From the NCBI GenBank assembly GCA_031835245.2, contig JAVKOQ020000067.1, positions 124,001 to 188,000 of the forward strand: a stretch of DNA of 64,000 nucleotides, read 5' to 3'. A model generated the notes under the pieces. That model was not told the origin of the DNA and ran no database searches. It saw only the letters and a program-made list of their open reading frames with translations. The position numbers and the translations under genes were made by a program. Positions 24,170 to 34,999 of the stretch are shown here, piece by piece (position 1 is the first letter of the stretch; each line of letters opens with the position of its first letter). This DNA comes from Balamuthia mandrillaris. Its lineage: Eukaryota.

Positions 24170-25203
24170 ATGTACTTCAAGACTGCTCTTATCTTGTTTG
24201 GCGTGCTCCTTGTGGCACAAGCCCATGCCGCTTCCAACATCAACGCCAAGCTCAGCGGTAACGTGGACGTGGACTCCAGCATCGCTGACATCACCGCTGA
24301 CCTCAAGGCCATCTTCTCCGCTTCTCTCACGGACTCATTGGAGATTTCCGTCCTGACCACCGACCTGGTCATCGACTTTGACACCAACGCCTTGGAAGAA
24401 GGAACAGCCTCACTGGAGAGCAGCCGACTGACGGAGGATGGCTACTTTGAGGGCTCCTTCCTCATCAACGACCTCTCCCTTGGCCTCAGCATCACTCTCA
24501 ACGATGAGACCATCCAGGGTTCCATCTCCTTCAGTGTCGCCGCCGTGGCCCACTCTTCCGCTTCCGCTGAGGACGGTCTCTCCCTCTCTCTTGATGAGGC
24601 TTCCATCTCTGTGCAGGACTTGGAGATCACTGCTTCTGGTTTGGGAGCCAGCATCGCCGTTGCTCTACAGACCACCCTGGAGACCTCCATCAATGTTGCT
24701 TTACAGGCAGCGGCCGACCTGATCGTGGATCTTGGCAATACTTTGATCGTGACGGTGGAGGCCCCAGTTCGTGCAACCTTTGAGTCCACTCCCCGCGTGA
24801 CAGTCACCATCGAGTCCACGGTGGAGGAATTTGAGCAGGATAGGGAGGCGGTGGTCTCCGCATTCGTGCAAGTGTTGGCCGACATCGAGGTAGGTGCATT
24901 CGCCAACGGCATCCTCATCGGAGAATACTCTGCTGGGGCCCAAGGAGAGGTTGACTTCGATTTTTGGATTCTTGACAACGAGGATGATGTTTCTGGTTCG
25001 TTCTTCTTGTTCTTTTCTTCTTCTTCCATTATTTGTTTGTGACCTTATGGTGAAACACAGGAGAGGAAGCTGCCAGTGAAATGCAGGCTGCCTACGAGTC
25101 CGATGCCGAGGTATTTACCCAGGCAGGAGTGAGTGTCAAGGGCTTCAAGATCAACGCCAGCGCTGACTCTGCTGCTCCTCGTCACTCTTCCCTCTTCTTC
25201 TGA
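24170..25203 (+). CDS. Secreted acidic protein (possible LBP/BPI-like beta fold), 2 exons
   Basis: Signal peptide MYFKTALILFGVLLVAQAHA, amphipathic beta-strand pattern, TATTTAAA upstream, intron about 24996-25060. The fold assignment is inference. Confidence 0.7.
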
Positions 25204-25456
25204 GACTTTTTGTCTTTATCACCGATTTCCCCAGCCACTCGCACACAAAAGCAATCTCTGTACTTACATTACATGGAATATAGGCTATTTTTTTTAAAAA
25301 AAAGAGCATCTTGGTGGCAACTGTCAGTCTCCGATGGCCTTGAGCTCAAAGAGCTGAGCTTCACAGTTTTAGAAGTGAGGAAGGTTAGCTTGCTGCATCT
25401 GTCTTCATCGTCCTGGAATGCACGTTCTCAGCAGATACAAAGTCGCGAACGAGAAT

Positions 25457-25990
25457 TGAAGCGCGGCGGGCACACAAACAATGAGGACGGAGAAGAGTGG
25501 ACGGGCGTATTTCAGCAACAGGCAGCACACCGGCACCAGGAGGGGATGCCAGCCAAGCCTTCCAACTCAACCTCTCCGCTGCTCAACAAGGTCACAGGGC
25601 GTGGGAGAACAAGCTTGATTCTTCTTATTCATCTTAGTATGCAAGGAAAGACGCAATCCCGCCACAGCACTCTCGAGAAGCAGCACGGATAGTAAAAGAG
25701 GTAGAATAAAAACTAGCAACCCCCCATAAAGATTAAATGGCACGGGTTTGGCAGGGAATGAAGAAGATAAGAAGGATGGAAACGAGGAAGTAACAGGATA
25801 GGTGCTTTTATAACAAAGATGGGTAAACGACAGTGCTATGAGCTGTTGGTAAAGGACACGGTACAGCTTGGCATGGCTCTGGTCGTGGCGTTGATCCAGC
25901 TGCATGGAGAGGAAGCCATCAGGTGGCCGCCACACAAGGCCTAGCAGTCACCCAGTGTCGAGTTCCCAAGCGTTTTCAGAGAAGGGGGCA
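25457..25990 (+). pseudogene. Decayed Sel1-repeat gene copy
   Basis: caggaggggatgccagccaagccttccaactcaacctctccgctgc matches 26571-26617; ttggcatggctctggtcgtgg matches 26757-26785; multiple frameshifts and stops. Confidence 0.8.
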
Positions 25991-26183
25991 GAAGAAGGAA
26001 ACCGGGTGGCCAAGTTTGTTAAAAAGACACGCCAAACAAGCACGTGGTGTATCAGGTTATAATGCCAAGGAAAGAAACAAAAATGTTCCTAGAAATCTAT
26101 TAATATTATTATCAACTTATTTATTTTATTAGAAGAAAATAATTGTTGTTGTTACACAATTCAAAGAGAAAAACACAAACCCG

Positions 26184-27767
26184 ATGAAGCGACAAGAGAC
26201 GGAGAAACATGACGGCGAAGAGACGGAGCAAGAAAACCAAACCTGTCCGCCAACAAAACGAACCAGGCGCGAGACCAACCATTCTGGGACAGATTTGAGA
26301 AGCCATCCCCATACAGCGGTCTCCAGAGGTCTTCCACCGCACGCTGAACAAGAAGCAGAGGCGCCACACGCGGACGAGAATGAAAAACCACGAGTCATGT
26401 CCCATGACGATAAAAAGGAAGAAGATAGCCAGGGAACAGAGAAGGATGAGAAAGTGGAAGAAAGAGGGAAAAATACAAAAAAACAGTCAAAGAAGCAGAA
26501 GAGGAAACGCAAGAATCTAGCCGTTAAAGAAGCAGGAACAGAAGAGTTTCAACAAGCAGAGCGCCAACGCCAGGAGGGGGATGCCAGCCAAGCCTTCCAA
26601 CTCTACCTCTCCGCTGCCCAGCAAGGCCACAGGGCGGGGCTCTTCTGGGTGGGTTGGTGCTTCGACACAGGCACTGGTGTGGACAAAGATGACAAGGAAG
26701 CGGTGCACTGGTGGCGGCGCGCTGCGGAGAAAGGTCATCGCGAGGCCCAGAACAAGTTGGCATGGAACCTGGCTCATGGTCGTGGGGTGGATGCTTCCTC
26801 CCGCACGGAAGACAACCAAGAGGAAGCCAGCAAATGGTACTTGGCTGCTGCCAAACAGGGCGTGGCCATGGCTCAGTATCAAGCTGCGAAACGTTTTCAT
26901 CGAGGACAGAAAGGAGTCCGACAGGACCTGAAGGAAGCAGCCAGATGGTACGTATACGCTGCAAGAGCCAACCATCCAAAAGCCTTGCAAGTGTTGAACT
27001 ACTTTCCTCCACGTCGGCGCCACGCCAACATTGTGCGATGGTATCTGTTGGTGGAAGAGGGAGGAGCACCTGCTGAGGTCAAGACCATCGCCAAGTTCAA
27101 TCTCGGGCTTTGCTTGCATCGCGCAGGAGAGCGGGAGAAAGCATGGGGCTGGCTGCAAGCCGCAGCAGAAGAAGGCCATGTGAAGGCTCAGCACTTTCAT
27201 GGAAGAAACATGATGGAGACGGCAGAGAGTATGAAGCAGGAGCAGGAAGGGATGCACTGGTGTGAGAAGGCGGCTGAGAGAGGATATCCTCCAGCCATGT
27301 TTTGGATGGCCAAGTATCATCAACATGAAAGCAACTATGATGCAGCACGCCGGTGGTTGTGCCGACTTGCCACCGCTGCCTCTCATGATGCTCATTCAAA
27401 GTGGACCAAAGAAAACGGAGCAGCTCTTGATAAACAGATGGATATGGTGGGCCAAGGAAGACACATCGCTCATTCGCTGGTGGATGCTTGCACTCGCGTT
27501 TTTGTGGAGGCAACCGTGCAAACGTGGAATGCGAAAGTGGAGCAGCTGGCTCAACAATTTGAGGAGCACAAGAAGGAAATACAGAGCACAATGCCAACCG
27601 AAGTTTGGGAACAGCTTTCGTTCCCTGCACATGTCTCTCAGTTCTTCCAAGCAGAAGAGGATGACGATGATGATGATGATGAAGAGGATGACAGTTTTTT
27701 GGATTGGAACCGTTTCACTCTTGATGCACATCTGCAGCGAGAAGACATAGAGGAAGTCAATTATTGA
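26184..27767 (+). CDS. Sel1-like repeat protein, intronless
   Basis: Repeated AAxQG/AAEKG helices; GWCFDTGTGVDKDDKEAVHWWRRAAEKGH. Confidence 0.9.
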   Translation: MKRQETEKHDGEETEQENQTCPPTKRTRRETNHSGTDLRSHPHTAVSRGLPPHAEQEAEAPHADENEKPRVMSHDDKKEEDSQGTEKDEKVEERGKNTKKQSKKQKRKRKNLAVKEAGTEEFQQAERQRQEGDASQAFQLYLSAAQQGHRAGLFWVGWCFDTGTGVDKDDKEAVHWWRRAAEKGHREAQNKLAWNLAHGRGVDASSRTEDNQEEASKWYLAAAKQGVAMAQYQAAKRFHRGQKGVRQDLKEAARWYVYAARANHPKALQVLNYFPPRRRHANIVRWYLLVEEGGAPAEVKTIAKFNLGLCLHRAGEREKAWGWLQAAAEEGHVKAQHFHGRNMMETAESMKQEQEGMHWCEKAAERGYPPAMFWMAKYHQHESNYDAARRWLCRLATAASHDAHSKWTKENGAALDKQMDMVGQGRHIAHSLVDACTRVFVEATVQTWNAKVEQLAQQFEEHKKEIQSTMPTEVWEQLSFPAHVSQFFQAEEDDDDDDDEEDDSFLDWNRFTLDAHLQREDIEEVNY

Positions 27768-27844
27768 TAACATATCGTTTACAAGAAAATGTTCTTTGTG
27801 TTGTTCTTTTCGTTTGCCCTTCTTCTTTTTCTTGTTCTTTACAG

Positions 27845-27935
27845 CCGAGACACCGACAAACACGACAGCGGAGAGAAAGGTTAAGAAAACCAGACCCAAG
27901 AGCCTGGCCACCTACAAAACGAACCAGGCATGAGA
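27845..27935 (+). pseudogene. 5' fragment of a further Sel1-gene copy
   Basis: aagaaaacca...acaaaacgaaccaggc resembles 26229-26268. Confidence 0.5.
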
Positions 27936-28212
27936 AGGAAAAGGATCGCCAAGAAAGAGCTAGCTCTTCTCCGCTGAGCTGAAATCAGCAGGTCTTCCGT
28001 TCGCTGTTCATGTTGTGACGAGAGCCTTTGCTTCTTTCCTTTGAGAAACCAGACGAAGGGAACAGAAGAAGAAAAGGAGAGAAAAGAGGAAGAAAGAGGG
28101 GAAAAGAAAAATGTTCTGTTGGGAGGAGAGAGAGAGAGAGAGAGAGCAATTGAGCAAATAAATAAAATCATTCTTTTGGAAAAGAAAATAAAGAATGGTG
28201 TAGTTGTTCAGC

Positions 28213-28714
28213 TCAGTTCTTCCACAGCTCGTCTTCATAGTTGAACGCTGTGAAGGCAGTCCTTTGAGGCAGATTCCACAGCTCGATGAATCCAGCGGCA
28301 GCGTTTTGGTTGAAGGAAGCGTCCCTGTTGAACGTGGCCAACGTGTGATTGAAGAGGGAGTACGGCGACTCGATGGCAACAACGGTGCAGTTTCCTTTGT
28401 ACAGCTCCACTTTGACCTTGCCACTTACTTTCTTGTTTTGACTGTTGGTAAATGCGTGGATGTGATACATAACTGGCTCATACCACCTTAAGGAAAAAAA
28501 CACGAGTAAGTAAACGAACAGAGCAAAGAAAAAGAAAAAGAGGAACAGAAAGAAAGGTTATAATAGAACGAAGGATCAGGGAAAAAAGGTGTTATCATAT
28601 GGGCGGCGGTAAGGCAGAAGTAAGGAAAGGAAGTACTCCAAATCCTAGCCCACCATTACCATGCACCTCAGATTACGCGCATGAATATTCGAATGTTTCA
28701 TCCTCTTCGCTCGC

Positions 28715-28759
<45 letters not shown>

Positions 28760-29312
28760 GGGGACGAGAGCGAGAGCAAAAGGAGTTAAAACACGTACTT
28801 GGCACCATAAGTCAAATAGGCCCATTTGTTGTCCATGAAAGCTTTAAGCTCGTTCTCTTCACGAGTGGAGACCAACATCTCCAACTTGCGATGTGCAGCA
28901 ATGAGAATAGTGGCTCCAGGGTTCTCGTAGACGCCCCTCACCTTCAACCCAACGATCCGGTCCTCGATGAGCTGGAAGACGCCTACAGCGTGCTTGGCGC
29001 CTACTTCGTTAGCCCTGCGCACGATCTCGCTGAGTTTGAGCTCTTCGCCATTGAAGGAGATGGGAAGGCCCTTCTTGAACGCCAGCTCTATTATTTCAGG
29101 TTGGTCGGGAGCTTCTTGAGGAGTTTTGCACCACTTTGAACAGAACAGAGTTAACATAAAGAAATAGAAAGAACGATGAGAGAAAGGAAAAAGTGAAAGA
29201 CTTCTGCAAAGTTCAGAAATTCATGGTTTCCACACAAGTTAAAGCTATTGTGTTCGGACAGGGATAACTGAATTTTATAATTTGCTCATCCTTGTAGAGC
29301 AGAAGGTCCTTT

Positions 29313-29355
<43 letters not shown>

Positions 29356-30034
29356 AGAGGATTACCTGAAGAATATTTTTCAATGGACAAATGAGTTCTG
29401 GTCGTTCAATCTCGCCGCCTTCGCCAGTATTGGCCCACATGTTCTCGTCATAGGAATAAGGAGACTCTTTGCGTTGCTTCACAGGGATGCCATGCTTCTC
29501 CGCATAGGCAAGCTCCTCCTCTCGGCCCATACCCCACTCCCTCACTGGAGCGATGGTCTTGAGCTTGGGATTTAGGGTCGTGATGTAGCCCTCGAAGCGG
29601 ACCTGATCGTTACCCTTGCCAGTGCAGCCGTGAGCGATGACCTCGCAACCCTTCTCAGCGGCCACTCGTACTGCCACCTTGCTGATCATGACACGGCCAA
29701 GAGGACAACCGAGTGCGTAGCCTCCTTGATAGTCGGCATTGGCTTTGATGGCCTCGGCCAGGAGAACGTCCGCAAACTCATCCTTAGCGTCCACCACGAC
29801 GGCATCGATGGCGCCCAGCTCCAGGGCCTTCTTGCGGATGGCTTCCAGGTCGTCGGCGCTTTGGCCCAGGTCGATGGTAAGCGTGATGACCTTGCAGTCG
29901 TACTGTTCGGGGATCCATTTGAGCATGACGGAGGTATCGAGGCCCCCGCTGTAGAGCAAGAGGCACTTGTCAAAGGTGCCTTTCACTGCCTCATGCCGAG
30001 CGATCTTGACGTAGCTGTAAGGATCCGACTCCAT
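28213..30034 (-). CDS. argG: Argininosuccinate synthase, at least 3 exons (possible upstream exon at 30354-30323)
   Basis: LLYSGGLDTS, AHGCTGKGNDQVRFE, YSYDENMW, EDRIVGLKVRGVYENPG, FNQNAAAGFIELW. Confidence 0.95.
28566..28712 (-). ncRNA. Intronic box C/D snoRNA with LSU rRNA guide, inside an argG intron
   Basis: Terminal stem GAGCGAAG/CTTCGTTC, box C AGGATGA, guide ATTCATGCGCGT complementary to conserved LSU ACGCGCAUGAAU, D' CTGA (28671-28668), long internal hairpin, C'-like ATATGA, box D CTGA (28579-28576). Confidence 0.87.
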
Positions 30035-30318
30035 CTGTGTAATAAGTTTGTGAAAAGACTCCGAGTGTCCGAGTGTGACGGATGAAAAAAAAAATCGGTG
30101 CCACACTGTTAAATAGTTCAACTGGTGTGGGGCGCGAGGGCAAGAGTAAGCGCTGTGTCCGTGAAGAGGGAGAAAAATAGAAGAAAGAAAGAAAAAGTGG
30201 AGGAAGAAGTCGCCGCACACACACAAATAGCAAATATGACGTTAGCCCTTGCAAGTAATTATGGGTGTGGCAGGAAAAACCACGGAAACCCCTACCCATC
30301 GCCTCCCTTTCGAGTGCA

Positions 30319-30354
30319 CTACCGTTGCGGTAGCGGCAGCGGTTGGCCCTTCAT
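30319..30354 (-). promoter_or_regulatory. uORF or alternative first exon upstream of argG (MKGQPLPLPQR*)
   Basis: cacaATG context like other starts in the window, TATTTA repeats upstream, and a GTAGTG donor overlapping the last Arg codon and the stop. Confidence 0.5.
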
Positions 30355-30434
30355 TGTGCAGTGTGGCTTGTTGTGTATTGTGTGTGTGTGTTGGTTGTGA
30401 AGGAATTGCAAAAATAAATAAATAAATAAAAGCC

Positions 30435-30486
30435 AAACGGCGTAGCGAGAGCCTAAAGGGGGAGGGTTCCCCCCGGCTAAGGCGTT
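30435..30486. repeat. Short palindromic element
   Basis: AAACGGCGTAGC...GCTAAGGCGTTT (10/12 inverted match) enclosing GGGGGA-GGGT-TCCCCC. Confidence 0.5.
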
Positions 30487-30633
30487 TTGTTGAGAAAGAA
30501 GGCAGAAGGGCTGCGTGGGCGAGGGTTTCTCGAACATGACGTGGCGAAATAGATCATAAAGATTGGAGTAGATTCAGGTCGTCCTGGGAAGAACGAACAC
30601 AACGAAGAGAAGAAAGAGAAGAGAGAGACGCAA

Positions 30634-31498
30634 ATGCTCCGACCGATTGTAGGGAGTAGCAGCAGGCCGGCTGTAGGGTCTAGCCTCCTTTGGAGGGTAC
30701 GTTTTTCTTCCCCCCACGAGTGTAGAAAGATCTTGGCTGTACCTTTATTTTTATTTATTAATTTTATTGTTGATCTGGACATAAGGGCGATCGTTGGGGT
30801 GTAGCGAGCCTGTTGCCCTGTCGGCCGGCCCATGCCCTTTCTCGCTTGCCTTACGCTCGACACTGCACCACTTCCACCACTTCCAGCAACGCACGAGAAG
30901 AGGTAAAACAACCAACGGTCGAACAACGACAAGCCGCTTCCTCTGCTGCTCCTCCTTCTTTGAAAGATGTCAAGCCGAGTCGTCCTCAACGCCGCTTTCA
31001 CAGCCGAGTGATCGCCGTGAGGCTGGTGAAGAGCTATCAGCACCAAAGGCCCGCCGTACGTCGAACCGTTGAGGCTCTTGGCATCAACCGGATGCATCAG
31101 ATCGTCTACCACAAAAACATTGCTCCCATTCGGGGTCAACTGAACAAGGTAAACATTGCATGCCGTCGAAACCTTTATTTCTACTTGGTTCTCGTTCCTT
31201 CCTTTGCTAACTTTTTGTCTGTGTTTAAAGATCAAGCACCTCATCACTATCACTCCTGTCCCTGAACCTGCTGATTACGGTTTGGCTTCTCCCCTTTCCC
31301 CTCCTCTTTCTTTCATTCTTACGGTGGTCTTGTATGCAATGCAAACGACAAAAAGACCTGCCTGTGCCGGAGCAGGCAGCAGCAGAGACGGTCCCACAAT
31401 GGGACCCATCCAGCATGATCTACACCGACACGAGTGCCTCTGTGCTTCGTCGGGGTTCTCCTGTCCAGCTCAATGCTCTCCACCATAACTACAATTGA
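30634..31498 (+). CDS. Mitochondrial ribosomal protein uL30m, 4 exons
   Basis: Presequence-like N-terminus, then IAVRLVKSYQHQRPAVRRTVEALGINRMHQIVYHKNIAPIRGQLNKIKHLI. Confidence 0.85.
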
Positions 31499-31670
31499 GT
31501 TTGCAACAACAAACCGTTATTTTTTTCTCCTATATTTTTCTCTTCTCATACTCTTGCTTGCAGGAGAAAGAGCAGAAGAGCGGAGAGAGGAGAAGAATGC
31601 CACAAAAAACAATGCAAAGAGAAGAGAAGTGAAGAAAACGGAAAAGCCAGAGGAGAGCAAGAGAAAGCGT

Positions 31671-32302
31671 TTAGTGGTTGGTGGAAGGAACAAAGTTAGC
31701 ACCAGTGGCCATGATGGCCTCGATCTCCTCCACCGCGCGGGGCACCTGCGACAGCACCTCAATGCCATCCGCTGTGACCAGCACATCATCCTCGAGCCTC
31801 ACCCCTCCAAAGTCCATAAACTCCTTGATCTTCTCCGCCACAAGGAACTGAGCCTGCTCCGGATTGTTCAGCGCCTTGCTGAGCACCGCATCGATGAAGT
31901 ACAGCCCGGGCTCCACCGTCAGCACCATTCCCTCCGCCAGCACGCGGCCGCAGCGGAGGCTTCTCAATCCCGGCTCGCTGCTTCTCTTGGCACCGCGTGG
32001 GTAGCCGCCCACGTCGTGCGTATCCAGGCCCAGGAAATGGCCCAGGCCGTGCGGCATGAACAGGTTGGCGATGTAGTGCTTCATCATGTCGTCGACGGAG
32101 CCGCGGAGGAGGCCATACTTGGTGAGTTCGGTGAGGATGACGCGCTCAGCCAGGCGATGCATGTCGGGGTAGGAGACGCCGGGCTTCATGGCCTTCTCGA
32201 CGGCCTGCACAGCGGCCAGCACGGTCTCGTAGACGAAGCGTTGTTTGTCGGTGAACTTGCCATTGGCGGGGTAGCTGCACGTAATGTCGGAGCCGTAACT
32301 GA

Positions 32303-32358
<56 letters not shown>

Positions 32359-33740
32359 AGAAAGGAGGATGGTGGGGAGATAGGATACAAGGGATAGTAC
32401 CAGTGATATTCACCGCCCATGTCCATCAACAGCATGTCTCCATCCCTTATCAATTTGTCATTAGGGCACCGCTAGAGAGTAAAAGCAAAAGGGGGAGGAA
32501 GAGAGAGTTAGTGTCCTATCAAAACAAAAGAGGAAAAAGGAGTGTAAACTTACGGCAGTTCCATAATGCAAAATGGCGCCATTAGGTCCAGAACCGCAGA
32601 TGCAAGAGTAAGAGACATGGCGGCAACCAAATCGGCTGTAGATCTCGTGCAAGAACAAGCTCTCCAGTTGGTACTCAGTCATGCCAGGCTTGACTGCCTT
32701 CATGACTGTGATGTGAGCCTCGCTAAAAGAGAAGTGAAAACCAATCAGCCATTACTGAAATGAAGGAATAACAGGGAGCAGAGGAGAGAGCAAAAAGGAG
32801 AGCTGTCAAACCTGCTTGCTTTGCATACATAACGAAGCAACTCCACCTCTTTGGCCGTCTTGAAGACGCGGCACTCCACCAACTCAGGGTGCAGCCTTCC
32901 GTTATCCACCCTAAACTTTTCGATGCCAGGGAAAGTGGCTGGTTTGGCGTAGTTGCCGCTGTCCGTGTTGAGGCCGTTGAGCACGTAGAGGACGCTCGCC
33001 TTCCACTCTGTAAACTTAGCCTCTAGATCCTCGACGTAGAACACATCGTCCACACCGTACTTTTGCTTCAGGTACTCTGGAGGATGGATCTTTTAAAAGT
33101 TGTTTTAATATATGAGACATCTTTGATAAAGCTGAGAGAAAAAAGAAGAAGAAGTAGACAAAGAAGCACAAGAAGAAGAAGAAGTAGAACAAGAAGAAGC
33201 AGAAGAAGCAGAAGGAGAAGAAGAAGAAGAAGAAGAAGAACAAGAAGAAGAAGAAGAAGAAGAAGAAGAAGAAGAAGAAGAAGAAGAAGAAGAAGAAGAA
33301 GAAGAAGAAGAAGAAGAAGAAGAACAAGAAGAAGAAGAACAAGAAGAACAAGAAGAAGAAGAAGAAGAAGAGTAAAAAGAAAGATGCTGCCTAACCTTTC
33401 CCATCCAAACGGCGTACTCTTCAGGGAGACGCGGCATGAACAGATAGGAGTGTCCCGTGGTCAGGTCAATGGCGCCATAGAGCTCGGACTCGCTGCACCC
33501 AAACAAGTACTGGAAGAAGCTCTCCTGACGGAAGAGGTCCTCGTGGTCGGTGTCGTGCCTGGTGGTCTGCTTGCCGCCCTCCAGGAGGACAAAGGAGCGA
33601 GCGGGCACGCCCTCCTCCGAGTCGAGGAAGCGCTGGCGCAGGCGCTCCCTGTTCTCCTTGTGCATGGACATGGGCACGGCCCAGGTGTCCAGCCCTTGCG
33701 AGTAGTAAGCCTCTTCTTGCTTGCCAGTCGTTGCTTCCAT
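31671..33740 (-). CDS. PEPD: Xaa-Pro dipeptidase (prolidase)
   Basis: [72 protein letters not shown]. Confidence 0.95.
33145..33371 (-). repeat. Intronic (TTC)n microsatellite
   Basis: Visible GAA run inside the first prolidase intron. Confidence 0.95.
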
Positions 33741-34341
33741 TTTTTGCTTTGGTTGTTTTTGTCAGAGAGAGAGAGAGAGAGCAGGAGGGAGAAGAGGAGG
33801 AAGACAAAAAAACGTAGCAACCTGGTGTGTGCGTGCTTGCTTTGTGTTTTAGTGGGGGCAAAGTGAAGAGAAGAGCAGAAGTGGCGCTACTTTTTTTTTT
33901 TGGGGACATTTTCGGCCCGCTTATTGGCTGGCGAGAGAGAGCAGCGGGGAACCCTTGAATAACAAGTCCCCTCTCTCTCCAGCATGTAACGCAAACGACA
34001 CACCAATACAAAGGCTTCTGGAACCGTTGGGTATGGGCATTGTTCTCTCTCTCTCTCTCTCTACTATTTTTTAATGGGTTCTGCTTGCCCCTGACACGGG
34101 AAAGGGGAAAGAGAGCAAGAAGGACACCAGATTGTTTTTCAGAAACGTTATATTGGTGTGCTTTTTTGTCAGAAGTAACAACATTAGTTTGTTTTGTATT
34201 TGTTGGCAAGCACTAAAAACATCAACATAAATAAATAGCCTCTTCGTTCTCGGACCAAAGGAGCAGGATTGGGCAAAGAACGGTTGGTTCTGTACAGCTT
34301 TGTTTGTTGGGGGTAAAACAACCAGACACATGTTTGTTTGT

Positions 34342-34563
34342 TCAGTTGTAGTAGAGTTCCAAGCCCATGCCGTCATGGATCTCGTAGTCTCGCAGGGTGA
34401 TGTGGTCCTTGTAAATGGTGTACCATTTCTGAATGCGGATCTTCTCGGGCCTGGTTCCCGTCTGAGCGGCAATGACCTTCTTCAGATCGCCGATGGTGTC
34501 GTCCGGGTTGCACTTCACCCTCACCTTCTTTCCCAACCTGTCGTTACACACAACCTCAATCAT
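34342..34563 (-). CDS. UBL5: Ubiquitin-like protein 5 / Hub1
   Basis: [29 protein letters not shown]...[15 protein letters not shown], 73 aa. Confidence 0.97.
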   Translation of the reverse strand: MIEVVCNDRLGKKVRVKCNPDDTIGDLKKVIAAQTGTRPEKIRIQKWYTIYKDHITLRDYEIHDGMGLELYYN

Positions 34564-34999
34564 CTTTGGCTCTCCTGCTTTCCGCTCTTCTCTGCGTTTC
34601 GCTACTTTTTTTTGTGACGTCGACAAATTTTAAGAACGGCGAAATGTTGACGAAGTTTCCCGGAGTTAAAGATACCTGAGGGGTCATACATTTTAGCGAG
34701 TCGAGGGCTTAAGTGGACACACTGAAGACGGATAATGGATGGCCAGAAGGAGTGGTCACATCCAGAATTTGTCCGGTTTGGAAGAATAACAGCGAAGAAT
34801 AGGAATTTGCCTTTTCTGCGGTGCAACAAACAACAACAAAAGAAAAGTAAGGAGGAGGGGTAAGGAAGAGTGCGACCCAAAAGGAGGGGGAAATTTTTCA
34901 AGCAGTACCGCTCACACCCTCTCTTTCTTTGGAGCCTCTGTTTTCCGGTGATCAAAGAGTGGGAAAAATCCAAAACACGTTTTCAATCTTTTCAACAAA

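Noticed and set aside
30096..30152. Similarity of AYSC...NYLTVWHR to the fungal arginine attenuator peptide
   Set aside because: The core DY(L/I)SDH(L/I)W motif is absent, so the resemblance is too weak to claim homology.
34670..34770. TPP-riboswitch-like words (CTGAG, CTGAAGACGGATAATG)
   Set aside because: The P5 and other stems do not pair, and the neighbouring genes are unrelated to thiamine.
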